From Eledone cirrhosa (Eukaryota): a DNA stretch of 64,000 bases. The notes below the pieces were generated by a model that was not told the DNA's origin, made no database searches, and was given only the letters and a program-made list of their open reading frames with translations. Position 1 is the stretch's first letter. Every line of letters starts with the position of its first letter. Shown piece by piece: positions 51,477 to 64,000 of the stretch. The translations under genes and the position numbers were made by a program. The stretch spans positions 278,628,001-278,692,000 of the forward strand of contig OZ024740.1 in NCBI GenBank assembly GCA_964016885.1. Direction: 5' to 3'.

Positions 51477-51651
51477 AGAAGTGGTTACACAACAGTTAGT
51501 TCACCATACCGAGAACAATTGTTTCACCTTAGTTAAAATGGTTATACGGAACAGCTGTTCCGTATAACCATGTCCATTACGAGCTGAGGATCCGCTAAGG
51601 TGAAACAATTGTTCTCGGTATGGTGAACTAACTGTTGTGTAACCACTTCTA
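51477..51651. repeat. 175-bp fold-back with an inner perfect 34-bp palindrome (51538-51571)
   Basis: agaagtggttacacaacag...ctgttgtgtaaccacttct. Confidence 0.9.
51580..51617 (+). ncRNA. minimal type I hammerhead ribozyme, family D
   Basis: cgag-CTGAGGA-t.cc.gctaa.gg.t-GAAA-CAATTG-TT-ctcg; palindromic stem III, GUU site. Confidence 0.65.
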
Positions 51652-51659
51652 TATATATA

Positions 51660-51760
51660 GCGTGTGGCTGAGTGGTTAGAGAATTGGATTCACAATCTTG
51701 AGATTGTGAGTTCGATTCCTGGACCGGGCGATGCGTTATGTCACGTTGCTCCTTCTGCCT
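51660..51760 (+). mobile_element. tRNA-derived SINE head
   Basis: gtggctgagtggttaga (A box)...gagttcgattcct (B box); the acceptor stem does not close; similar to the 1-300 family. Confidence 0.6.
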
Positions 51761-51850
51761 GGAGTTGCGACCGATAGATAGTATTAGCAACTGGAAAGAC
51801 CGACGAAAACATTGTTTCCTCGGTCCGATTTGACGAAAGTCGATCGTTCC

Positions 51851-51887
<37 letters not shown>

Positions 51888-52292
51888 ATATATGTGTGTG
51901 TATATATATATATATAATGTACGAAGTCGAATTTTCGGTTTTTGAAGCACTGAGAATAAGTGTATATATATATATATAAGTAAAAAGAAGTGCTCATGCG
52001 CAGGAATGCTATAAGGATAGTTTATAAAATAGGGTGAAGACCCCCCCCCCAAAAAAAAAAAACCGGGAAAATGTGTTGCCATCGACCGCTATAAGGAAAT
52101 AAACCCATATACCGGTTAGAAGCTTTACCCTTTTAGCTAATGAGCCATGACAAATCCTTTCCCGTCATTTTAACTAGATAACTGAACTTTCAAATATCAG
52201 CAGGCAGGCCGAGAGACTGATAGATAGACATCCGTATGTAAACAACAATGTACGAAGCCGAATTTTCGGCTTTTGAAGTGTTTAGAATATAT

Positions 52293-52323
<31 letters not shown>

Positions 52324-52328
52324 AGTAT

Positions 52329-52537
52329 AAAGAAAGTGCTCAAGCGCAGAAATGTTATAAAGGTAACTTATAAAATGGCGAAAAGACCCTTAAAAGACGA
52401 AAACAGAAGTTGTCATCGGCCGCTATGAGGTTCACCTCCTCATAAGAGGCCGATGGCAACTTCGTTTTCCGTCTTTTAAAGGTCTTTACCCTATTTTATA
52501 AGTTACCTTTATAACATTTCTGCGCTTGAGCACTTTC

Positions 52538-52540
<3 letters not shown>
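52329..52540. mobile_element. about 210-bp palindromic MITE-like element; related copies at 51905-52100 and 53250-53416
   Basis: aagaaagtgctcaagcgcagaaatgttataaagg ... cctttataacatttctgcgcttgagcactttctt. Confidence 0.7.
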
Positions 52541-52620
<80 letters not shown>

Positions 52621-52957
52621 GTAAGTATGTATGTATACGTACATACATATATGTATACAGACGAACAAAAAGGTGACGTGGTTGCCTTAACACCGAACGG
52701 CATAGATTCAGGCTGTTCAGTTTGTTTACAAACGAACAAAGCGGGCGTTATAATAAGCGTCCGCTAAACTGATACGTGCATATATGTATGTGTACCTGTA
52801 TGTATATATGTATATATATATATATATGCATGCTACTGTACGTCTGTATACATATATGTATGTACGTATACATACATACTTACATTTAAGTAAGTGCCGT
52901 ACTAAGAGTGAGAAATGAAATTTCGTTTTCATTTTATTACAACTTATATATATATAT

Positions 52958-53208
52958 AACAAAGAGGGTGTAGTAAGATACCAGGTGGGCCATAACGCAC
53001 CAGAGTACTCGATACTTGGGGTAGTAGAGTGGGTAATATGAAAATATTCAGGACCCCGACGGCTGAGCTCCAGCCGTTTCGACAGCTAGATCCGAAACGG
53101 CCGGAGCTCAGCCGTCGGGGTCTTTTCCTATTACCCACTCTACTACCCCAAGTATCGAGTACTTTGGTGCGTTATGGCCCACCTGGTATCTTACCACACC
53201 CTCTTTGT

Positions 53209-53209
<1 letters not shown>
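52958..53209. mobile_element. family B element as a complete 252-bp fold-back
   Basis: aacaaagagggtg ... caccctctttgtt; centre lies just 5' of GAAACGGC..GCCGTC; (TA)n on both sides. Confidence 0.85.
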
Positions 53210-53247
<38 letters not shown>

Positions 53248-53415
53248 ATAAAGAAAGTGCTCAAGCGCAGAAATGTTATAAAGGTAACTTATAAAATAGG
53301 GTAAAGACACTTAAAAGACGGAAAAAGAAGTTGCCATCGGATGCTATGAGGAGGTGAACCCCATAGCGGCCGATGACAACTTCTGTTTTCGTCTTTTAAG
53401 GGTCTTTCCGCCATT

Positions 53416-53482
<67 letters not shown>

Positions 53483-53769
53483 TGGATTTGTATGTATCCT
53501 TGTATATATGTATGTATGTGTGTGTCTGTATGTATATATGTGTGTGTAAGAAATTGGTTCTTCTCTAGATATTATCATTTGAAGTTTAGCTGAGTTTTGA
53601 GTTCAAGTCGTATTGGGAAAGGTGTTGATAGGCTAAATATAGAAAGAATATAAGTGTCTACTGAAGGGGTAGGTGATTACGTTTTGTGGTGTGGTGTATA
53701 AGTTAGGTTAGGAGTATGGAGGTATTTCTGTATAGTAGGTATTTGGGTAAACAATTAAGAGGAGGCTGA

Positions 53770-54680
53770 AGCTCCACCATCAACATACACCTCGAAAATC
53801 AAACTTCCTAGACATCACCAGGAACATTGTCAACTCCCATTATTGATTTTACAGAAAACCCAACGAAACCCTACGTAATATATACACCTCGTCCAACCAA
53901 ACACATACAATTATAACTTACCCAAAAACATTTCGTTTTGCCTGTCCAGACACTCACACAACGAAGCTTGCTTCAACAAAAACACCCATATTAACAACGG
54001 CGCTTTAAAATAAAAGAGGCTTTAAAGACAAGATACACTGCATAGAAACCAAAAAAGCAAACTGGTATAACCCACCGTGTAACTCACAAGTATCTACGCC
54101 AACAGCCAAATCTTTCATAAACTTAGTTTTAAAAGAAATGCTTCCACACACAAATACTACTTTATTTCTACATAAACTTATTCAACATCTCGTACCTGCA
54201 TATCCACAAATGTTTCTAAAACACGAACATCAAGTGAAAAAGGTCTAACACGCCCTACACAAACCGCAGAACCATATCATACAAATTCCATAACCTACAA
54301 AACTGCTCTTGGAAAATAAATGCCTACACGAATATATCGTTCACTCCAGCAAAATAATAACTAACCCCTCTGAAAAATCACTTCATCAACTAACCTAGAA
54401 CGAATTCGAATTGCTCCAATACCAACAGCTATATCCATTCAAAAACATTAACAAAATATTAGGCACATTAAAGATTCCAATTCCTCTCTCACCATTACAT
54501 GGAACGTCACTAACATAATTTATTCATACACACCAACCACTAACTTCTGCTCCTCCCGCATACCAGAAAACAGGCTCATCTTCTTCGGTACTCTCATCAT
54601 CCTAAACATTAAAACTAAATTAATCTCCTTTTGCAGCTATATAAACTTTTCTCTTATCACAAAGCTTCAACTATACACAA
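53770..54680 (+). pseudogene. old degraded PLE RT/GIY-YIG remnant (PLE5)
   Basis: aacttcctagacatcacc (NFLDIT), aaacccaacgaa (KPNE), tccaac (SN), tggtataacccaccg (WYNPP), aataaatgccta (NKCL) in the expected order. Confidence 0.65.
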
Positions 54681-55246
54681 CATTAACTTAAGTCTACAAC
54701 AATGACCCACGCAACTACCACGCTCAATATTTATCAATGCCGGTTTAACTTATATTATAAACAGCAGCAGAAGCATAAGTATACGTGTAAACATTTGCAT
54801 ATACAATCATGTGTGTCTGGGTGAGTATACCTAAAATTGCGCATCTATGTATATATTCATATATTCATACCTTCACACGCAAATCCACGTCCGTGTGTCT
54901 ATGTCAGCCAACATACATGCTGCCATTTGTTTGGATGTACATGTCCCTATCAGTCTTATGTGTCTCTGTATACACGTCAGTATGCAGGCATAAATAAAAT
55001 GTATATTTATGCGTATGTCTTTCTATGTGCATTATGGGTGTGTGTGTGTTTCGTATGCGTTTATATTTTTAAAAACACATACGAGTATATGTATATATTT
55101 ATATATATATATAAATATTCAAATATATATATATATATATATATATACCAATATATGTAACTTTATATATATATATATATGTAAATTTATATATATATGT
55201 ATATATATATACATATATATGTATATATATATACATATATATGTAA

Positions 55247-55309
<63 letters not shown>

Positions 55310-55319
55310 TATGTAAATT

Positions 55320-55394
<75 letters not shown>

Positions 55395-55822
55395 GTACGT
55401 GTAAATTTATATATATATATGCTTGAAAATAAAATGTTATTAATATACAAAGATTAACAACTGTTTTACAATCACAATATTTGTTATTAATTTAATAGTC
55501 ACTGTATATCTATTGTTATAATTTGAGTCATGGTGTAAATAAAGACACACGCACCGGTTGTTTTCACATCATCAATTTATTATAAATTTTCGGTTGGTTG
55601 GTTCGATAACCGGATGGTGGTTTATATATAGTCAAAGCTGACTGGGTTTTTTTATTTTTAGTGTCCCTCCTTTGTTCTGTCCTACACCATCTTGTTTTTG
55701 TGAATCAGTGATTCAGTGTATATATTGTATATATATATATACAATGATATTAAATAAATGGAAACTGTATTTATAAAACCATATTTATTCTATTATATAT
55801 ATTTCAAGGGTACCAAAAGTTT

Positions 55823-56029
55823 AAATACAAATGCAAAAGATATCGCTGACAATTAGTCTTTTACCTTAGATTTATTTGATTATCCTTAAGTTTCGAGATA
55901 GTATCTTTTCTTCAGAGGGAAGTAAAGGGGTTAATCCAGTGTTCTAATTAGCTTGCCAAGCATGACTTGACAAGCTAATTAGAACACTGGATTAACCCCT
56001 GTCAGCGATATCTTTTGCATTTGTATTTA
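55823..56029. repeat. nested fold-back (inner hairpin 55926-56000) with a degenerate minus-strand HHR motif (about 55883-55920)
   Basis: aggggttaatccagtgttctaattagcttg / caagctaattagaacactggattaacccct; CTGAAGA..GAAAC on the minus strand. Confidence 0.7.
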
Positions 56030-56348
56030 TATTCTATATCTAAACCTGTATTGTTCTGGCCTTCTAGCTCCAAACTTTTATACCCCACTACGCAATGCTT
56101 CAAGTAAACTACAATTATATATATATAATTATATATATATCACCGTCATCGCCGCACAAAAGCAACACGAGTCGATAAATCTAGATTGGCTCTTCAACAC
56201 CCCAAGGATAAATGGAAAGACCTCTGATTCAGAATAGTAACTATCAATTCGGATTTGAAAGGACTTTATATTGAATGCATAGAAAACGTTCGAAGATTAT
56301 AAAAAGAATGACAACAAATACCCAGGAAACATTAAATAGCCTATATTG

Positions 56349-56395
<47 letters not shown>

Positions 56396-56494
56396 ATGTA
56401 TATATATGTATATATAAATATATATATATATAAATATATATGTGTGTATATGTATATATATATGTGTATATGTATATATATATATGTGTATATG

Positions 56495-56527
<33 letters not shown>

Positions 56528-56632
56528 GTGTATATATATATATATATGTATATTATAAATATATATATGTATATATATACATATGTATATATATATACAA
56601 ATATATATATTTATATGTATATATATATATAT

Positions 56633-56686
<54 letters not shown>

Positions 56687-56689
<3 letters not shown>

Positions 56690-57297
56690 TTGTCCCAATA
56701 GCTTATTTTAGTTATTGCTCGCACCAACCTGAGGTATCTGATCTTTAATGCGATGAAATACCAATGATGGTTGGCAAATCACTGATGAGGGACTAATTTT
56801 ATAATATGTAATCCATGTGCAACCATGCAGTATTCTTCTCCCCATGTTTTTCATATATATTTACCTAAACTGCGATTATCTGTTTCTCTCTTTCTCTCTT
56901 ACTGCTCCCCCGTTCTAGCTGTTTCTCTTACCTTCTTTCGTCTCCTCTGTCAGTTAACACGTTTTCTCGACTGACCTCTTCCTCGCATTTTCACTCTCTC
57001 ACTCTCTGTTTCTCCACTTCTCACTTCCTCCCGTTCGCTAGTAGTGAGGTTCCTTCTTTCTCACACCGCATTCACAGCATACGGTCTGCTTCTCTGACCG
57101 CTCATGAAATTCACCCAGCTTATGATTGCTTGCTGTTTTCCCAACCTTGGGTTTGCTTTTCCTTCTGTTGTTTACTTGTCTCACTCGCTTTACGCGTTTC
57201 ACTTGTCCCAATAGCTTATTTTAGTTATTGCTCACACCAACCTGAGGTATCTGATTTTTAATGCGATGAAATACCAATGATGAGGGACTAATTTTAC
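56687..57297 (+). repeat. direct-repeat-bounded element (about 100-115-bp repeats, about 513-bp period, pyrimidine-rich spacer)
   Basis: cacttgtcccaatagcttattttagttattgctc...gatgagggactaatttta at 56687 and 57200; (TA)n on both sides. Confidence 0.8.
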
Positions 57298-57511
57298 ATA
57301 TATATATATATATATACATACATACAAATATATATGTATACATACATAAAAATATATATATACATACATACAAATATATATATTTATATGTATATATATA
57401 TCTATATCTACATACATATATATATATACATATATATATATAGACATATATACATATATACACATATATATACATATATACATATATATATACACATATA
57501 TATATGTATGT

Positions 57512-57583
<72 letters not shown>

Positions 57584-57726
57584 GTATATATATATATGAG
57601 TTTGTGTATAGAACAATGAAAAAAAGTAAGAAATCAGAGGTAGGTAGTTAATTAGGTCAAATTAACTAATTAGCTACCTATCTCTGATTGCTGTCTATTT
57701 TTCTTTGTTCTATGCACAAACTCATA

Positions 57727-57769
<43 letters not shown>

Positions 57770-57821
57770 ACATATATATATATATGTGTATATATATATG
57801 TATATATATACATATGTATAC

Positions 57822-57864
<43 letters not shown>

Positions 57865-57898
57865 TATGTATGTATATACATATGTATGTATATATATA

Positions 57899-57937
<39 letters not shown>

Positions 57938-57952
57938 ATATATATATATATA

Positions 57953-58036
<84 letters not shown>

Positions 58037-58150
58037 TATATACATATTGCAAGAGATATCAACATGATGGACCCATTATTTTTATCTAAAGATATTTTTC
58101 AATTCCATCTCGTCCATCCCCTTAATCTATTTTATTTCACATTCATTCTT

Positions 58151-58179
58151 CTTATGAAGGACTAGCGTCCGAAACGTTA
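58151..58179 (+). ncRNA. degenerate hammerhead-like motif (related copy on the minus strand at about 34062-34090)
   Basis: CTTATGA-a-GGAC-tagc-GTCC-GAAAC-GTTA; one core substitution, weak stem I. Confidence 0.4.
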
Positions 58180-58402
58180 AAACCCTCTTCCTGCTATATC
58201 AAGCGTTAACCTAATATATACCTTACATATACTGTACTGGTTCTGTTGTTATTTCTGTTTACCCTTTACATACATATATATATAAATATATAAATATATA
58301 TATATATATATATGCAAAAGTTCTATTTAAAATTGTTGGGATACAACAAGTAAATATTTTATAACTGATATAAAGCACTCGACAAGTTTTTAGAGTAGAT
58401 AT

Positions 58403-58749
58403 ACGATATTAAATAAATGGAAACTATATTTATAAAACCATATTTATTTCATTATACATATTTCAGGGATACCAAATTAAAATATGGTATGCCTTCCTCA
58501 GACAAAATACAATATATAAACAGTTTTATAAATAATTTTGACGTACCCTATTAGATGCAACCATTATTTTTGGAAGCTGTCTGACAGCTTCCAAAAATAA
58601 TGGTTGCATCTAATAGGGTACGTCAAAATTATTTATATATTGTATTTTGTCTGATGAAGGCATACCATATTTTAATTTGGTATCCTTGAAATATGTATAA
58701 TGAAATAAATATGGTTTTATAAATATAGTTTCCATTTATTTAATATCGT
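58403..58749. repeat. 347-bp fold-back with an HHR-like motif in each arm
   Basis: Centre at 58582; right arm CTGATGA-aggcataccat..tggtatcctt-GAAA-tatgta; the terminus is shared with 55745-55815. Confidence 0.9.
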
Positions 58750-58760
58750 GTATATATATA

Positions 58761-58835
<75 letters not shown>

Positions 58836-58854
58836 ATATATATGTATATGTATA

Positions 58855-58905
<51 letters not shown>

Positions 58906-58906
58906 G

Positions 58907-58975
<69 letters not shown>

Positions 58976-59246
58976 ATATATATATGTGTGTATATATATA
59001 TATGTGTATATATATATATATGTATATATGTATATATGTATATATGTATATATATATATATGTATATATATAGTAATAATAATAAATTGTGTATATATAT
59101 ATATATATGTATATATGTATATATGTATATATGTATATATATATATATATGTATATATATAGTAATAATAATAAATTGTGTATATATATGTATATATATA
59201 TATATGTATATATGTATATATATAGTAATAATAATAAATTTGAATT

Positions 59247-59350
<104 letters not shown>

Positions 59351-59436
59351 GTAATAATAATAAATTTGAAGACTAAAATCCAAAGAGGGCTCGATAAGGA
59401 TAAATATATATCAAATATATAAGAACCGTAGAGTAA

Positions 59437-59584
59437 ATATTTATTAAAATAACAGATTAAAGTTTAAGCAAAGAATCGGTGCTTTCACCCTTAACGGAAT
59501 CTTCTGAAACTCCTCAGAAGATCTCGTCAAGGGTGAAAGCAGCGATTCTTTGCTTAAACTTTAATCTGTTATTTTAATAAATAT
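59437..59584. repeat. 148-bp fold-back with a degenerate HHR-like motif
   Basis: atatttattaaaataacagattaaag...ctttaatctgttattttaataaatat; cagaaga..gggtGAAAGC near the centre. Confidence 0.85.
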
Positions 59585-59607
59585 ATATATATATGTATTA
59601 TATAAGC

Positions 59608-59801
59608 TTTAATATAGATGAGATTCTACAGGACTAGAACTGTTTCATTCTTTAGAAATCATCAGGAATCTGGCTTTCCAAAAATAAATATTGTGGTATT
59701 TATATCTCTTTTCAGATGGTAGGAGAGGGTGGGGAGTGGGATGGGTAGAGGTCATTGGTTGAAAGAAAAGGGAATTCATTAAAAGCTAATTCTTTAAAGC
59801 T
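59608..59801 (-). mobile_element. family A terminal-repeat fragment with an intact HHR (59621-59671)
   Basis: Matches 23310-23500. Confidence 0.8.
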
Positions 59802-59848
59802 ATATATATATATATGTGTGTATATATATGTATATATGTATATATATG

Positions 59849-59879
<31 letters not shown>

Positions 59880-60050
59880 GTATATATATATGTGTGTGTA
59901 TATGTATATATATATGTATATATTTATATATATATGTGTGTGTGTGTATATGTGTGTATGTGTGTGTATATATACGTGTGTATGTGTGTGTGTATATGTA
60001 TATATATATATATGTGTATGTGTATGTGTGTGTGTATATGTATATATATA

Positions 60051-60089
<39 letters not shown>

Positions 60090-60269
60090 GTGTGTATGTA
60101 TATTTATATATATATGTGTGTATGTGTGTATGTGTGTGTATGTATGTGTGTGTGTTTATATATGTGTGTATGTTTGTATATATTTTATATATATATATAT
60201 ATGTATGTATGTGTATGTATGTGTATGTATATATATGTATATATGTGTATATATGTGTATATATATATA

Positions 60270-60400
60270 TATGTTGATGCCCTAAGGACAGACATTGGTC
60301 TGTTGGAGACGCAGGACATGGCAGCGATAATGAGGGACAGAGACCGCTGGAGAGAAGTCGTCCATGGATCTCGGGAATTTTACCCGCCTTAGATAGATAT
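60270..60400 (+). mobile_element. about 125-bp 3' end copy of the 34635 LINE
   Basis: [40 protein letters not shown], then tagatagatat. Confidence 0.92.
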
Positions 60401-60561
60401 ATATTTATATATATATGTATATATGTATGTGTATATATATGTGTATATATGTATGTATATATATATGTGTGTGTATATGTGTGTGTATATGTATATATGT
60501 ATATATATATATATATATATGAAAATAAAACAAAGAAGCCTTCAATACATCAAAAGTCTTT

Positions 60562-60606
60562 ATTAGCCAACAATGTTTCGTCCTATTAAGGACTCATCAG
60601 GCCAAT
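60562..60606 (-). ncRNA. type I hammerhead ribozyme, family E (PLE4 terminus)
   Basis: attggc-CTGATGA-GTCC-ttaata-GGAC-GAAAC-att-GTT-g-gctaat; canonical stem II, one extra G at the cleavage junction. Confidence 0.7.
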
Positions 60607-61806
60607 CAGAACCACAAGAAGCACTATCAGCCAATACAAGCCGAAAACTCCGAAGAATATGGAGTGTACATACACTAAAGTATTGGAAGATTATGGGTAA
60701 AAATATATAATAAAAATCACTATGGAGGTGGATAACATTTTGAACCATATTACAAATATAGTCCAAAGCAAAAAAACTAGAGCTAAACAAAGGTGGTTAT
60801 ATAAAGCGGGAATTATAGTACTATATGTAATACAATATAATATAATATAATATACTTATAACAATATTAAAATTTAACATATCATAATGGTACATAAAAT
60901 CATCGGTTAGTAATAAGGATCAATAGTACATTTACAAAGAGTTGAATAACAACTTCAATATAAAATAAAGAGCATAATATAATATATAATTACTTATAAT
61001 TACAAGGTTGGTAAACAGACAATATGTGAATGAGTGAATAAGTACCAGACAGAAAATACTATGCACAGTGGTATTAATAAATAAATAAATTATATCAACC
61101 GGAAATTAAAAAACAAAAACAAAAGTATTTACTTAGGTCTCACATGCAGTTAAGTAAAAACTTAGGAAACAACCCAGATAAATGACTAGAAAACCCTATT
61201 TGATAAATTAATATTGAAAATATTGAAAATACCTAATAAGGCAATACAATATTAGTTATGGTTTAAGTAATCAAAATTCCTAAACATTAATATTTCACTA
61301 CAAATATATATAGAAAGAGATGAAATATTCTACTATCATTTACATAACGATATCTAAAAAACTGACTTAAGCAGAATTATGGTAGGCTAATAGGGACAGA
61401 AAAAAAGAAATGTATGGAGGATACAAAGGAGCATAAAATCATAATCAATATACTGTATTATATAATAGAAAGGAGCATAAAAAAGGGGGGATTAAATATA
61501 ATCATAATATATTTGAAGGGGTTAGCAATAAGTTTATGTGTGCATGGGGGGAGGAGGGGGGGGAGGTTATCCAAAGAAGAATCCAAATAAACTGAAATAA
61601 AATAATATAAAATATATAATCAGATATATACTCATAAGGTGTTAATAGTGAAAATTCAATGTGTAAGAAGATAGATATGGTATAGTAGCCAAAATATTAT
61701 GAGAGCTAGAATAAAAAGTTGTCAAAAACCAATGATAATAATGATGATAATAATGGTGGTAAACAAAAAGAACCTAAACTAAAAAATAAGTAATGGAATA
61801 TATCAG

Positions 61807-64000
61807 CTAATGGATACAATTTACACTACTAGAACCTTTAGGTTTATAATAAAAGTAAGAATTAGAAATAGCGTGGGGGCAAGAAGAGAATATCTCAGAC
61901 TTTCTATTAAGTAAGGATTCACTAGAGAAAATTATAGAGTGTGTCTCGAGGATACAGAGATTACAAAATTTAGTATGTGTAGAAAGGTTATTAGAGCGTG
62001 CTACTAAACGCCAATTAAGGCTATATGGTATATTAGCCCCCTTAAGATCCCAGATATAGTGTGCTAAAGAAGTAGAATTCTTAAACTTAACATGTTTGAA
62101 ATTAGAGATATGAGAATTAAACCTAGTCTTAAAAGTGTTAGATGTAGAGCCTATATAAGTTCTATTAGAGGAATTAGTTATAACTACGCAAGCATAAACG
62201 ATGTTCTTAGAGAGGCAGTTACCGTTTAAAGGGCAGTTAGCACTCACTCTACAGTTACACTTCCGGGTGCTATTGATTGGCTGAAGTAGTGATGCATTAC
62301 ACGTAGGATTACTATTAGATAAGGTCTGCTCTGGTGGTAAGGCATTTGCAGATCTGTTCGGACTAGTAGTATGTAGAGAGGAGTATCCATCCCTAATTTT
62401 CCTATTGTTAGTGCTAGCTAAATGAAAACTAATATTAGGGGTGGTAGAGAATGAAAGTTTAATAACATTTTTATTAAAAATACTATGGTATTTATGAGAA
62501 GGGGGGAAATTTTTCTCTAAGATAGAAAAGAAAGACCTAGGGATATTAGTTAATACTTCCTGATTATATGGCGGGTTAAAATAAGTATTTAGTCTCCTTC
62601 TATTGTTATCCTTTCCGACTCTACCATTATCTAATATCCCATTATTAAGGCTAGGGTTATTACAAGGATTAGTTAAAACCGCATTATTAGAATCAGACGA
62701 AATTCCATTAAGTCTCTTTCCGTTTCTACCTCTAGTAGATCCGCTGCTGTCTGGAATCCTATCAAAAGGATTAGGGCCAATAATAGGATCAGTAGAAACA
62801 ACATTATTAGAATTAGATCTAGCAAAAGCATCACCAATGAGTGAGCGCTCAGAGGGTTCGACTTGATTCCTAGAGGTATTATATTCCCTATTACGAGTCC
62901 GGTGGGTTAATTTATGGATGGGTTCAGATACACCTATGTAATTTCTACGATTATTATGCTTCCTACTCCCATGCATGGCCATGTTATGGGACATTATGTT
63001 ATTATTATTATAAGTAAGCGGAGACTTTCTAAGGTTACTATTATTATAATGTATTTTACTAGAGTAACCAGAATTAGCTAGGGCATTATTATAGTACTCC
63101 GCATGTTCATTAAATGTTCCTACGTCCTTAGAGAGTGTGGAAATCCTATTAGATACACCCTTAATTATAGAGTTTATCATAGATTTGGGGTGGTTAGAAT
63201 TGGGACTAACATAAGAAAGTATTTCATTAGGCTTATGGAAGGGTTTAAAACTATTAGTGACCAAGTCCAAAGTCACATCTAAAAAGTTGACCGCTCTATC
63301 GTTTCTATCTATCGTGATCGAAAGGTTATAGCTTTTAAAAAACTTATAAAGCTTCTTCTTATTATGCTCGACATTGTTGGTGCTAGAGTTAATCACAAAC
63401 AATGCATCATCACGATATAGTCCGCCTTTAAGGTGCGGAAAGGTAACATATAGTTCATTTAAGAGGAACAACCCAGTTACCTGTGCCGAATCACTCGAAC
63501 CCATTGTAACGTCGAAATTGTTGGGCGTGTTTTTACGGGTCCAAAATGTGTCCTCAAAATTAATGATAGTTCTACGGGCTGCTAGTATAATATCTACCTG
63601 TGATCGTGTAAGGCTGGACACTCTCATGGCCAACATTAAGGCTTTATTGAGGAGGATGGGTGAAATCGATGTGTAGTAGGCATCAATATCGAACTGGATA
63701 AACTTATTAGATTCAAGTTTATTAATCCCAGAGAACCAATCTATAACTTCCTTAGTGTTCCCTCATAGGTTAAAATTAACTTTATCCCTAATAATAAGGT
63801 CGAGGATTTTTTTACTGATTATGGCTATATCAGACTTAGAAGGACAGATGAGTCTAACAGAGGGGTTACTAATGAAGTCTACCTTATGATCCTTAAGAGT
63901 GAATCTCGGTTCTCTAGGGTAATATGGCTGGGTATACTTATCAAGGCCGAGGTCCGAGACTATTTTAAGACCCTCACTATTGATATGGTTCAAATTATCT
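61807..64000 (-). pseudogene. PLE4 RT + GIY-YIG with one in-frame TGA (63763-63765) and a 3-codon deletion
   Basis: ORFs 63763-63993 and 61807-63636 share a frame; the TGA replaces a Trp conserved in PLE1/PLE3; AQVT---GLF lacks DLV; YRDD, FNPPYN, CNCR..CPL, YIGST present. Confidence 0.9.

Larger units (their letters stand above)
60520..64000 (-). mobile_element. Penelope-like element PLE4 (extends beyond the window)
   Basis: Coding region plus about 1.3-kb 3' region ending in an HHR-bearing terminus next to (TA)n. Confidence 0.8.

Noticed and set aside
51660-51735. tRNA gene candidates at 51660, 21730-21790 and the SINE heads
   Set aside because: A/B boxes are present but acceptor and anticodon stems do not close, and the sequences continue into repeat bodies
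63763-63765. In-frame TGA in PLE4 as possible selenocysteine (as in Naiad-type PLEs)
   Set aside because: The aligned position is Trp in PLE1 (LWENT) and PLE3 (QWGNT), so it is a TGG>TGA nonsense change; no SECIS was identified. The TGA at 28561 in the R4-like fragment probably has the same origin

Overview
AT-rich, microsatellite-dense animal genomic DNA. The SINE families and repeat landscape suggest a cephalopod (Octopus-like); this is inference. The only host protein-coding gene seen is a single-coding-exon FMRFamide-receptor-like class A GPCR (49915-51045, +). There is also an intron-containing tRNA-Lys(UUU) (42008-42099, -). The rest is dominated by retroelements: five Penelope-like elements (PLEs; RT + GIY-YIG; one intact ORF), an intact APE+RT LINE with two truncated copies (one with a twin-priming-type inversion), R4-like and CRE-like RLE retrotransposon ends, many tRNA-derived SINEs and several MITEs. 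Most notable is a dense set of small hammerhead-ribozyme (HHR) motifs from several unrelated PLE terminal-repeat families. Many sit in long fold-back palindromes inserted into (TA)n. One hairpin carries a strand-biased A-to-G pattern that looks like ADAR editing fixed by retrotransposition. Nearly all short YI/CV/HT-rich ORFs in the track are microsatellite artefacts. All alignments and folds were done by eye, so boundaries of degraded elements are approximate.
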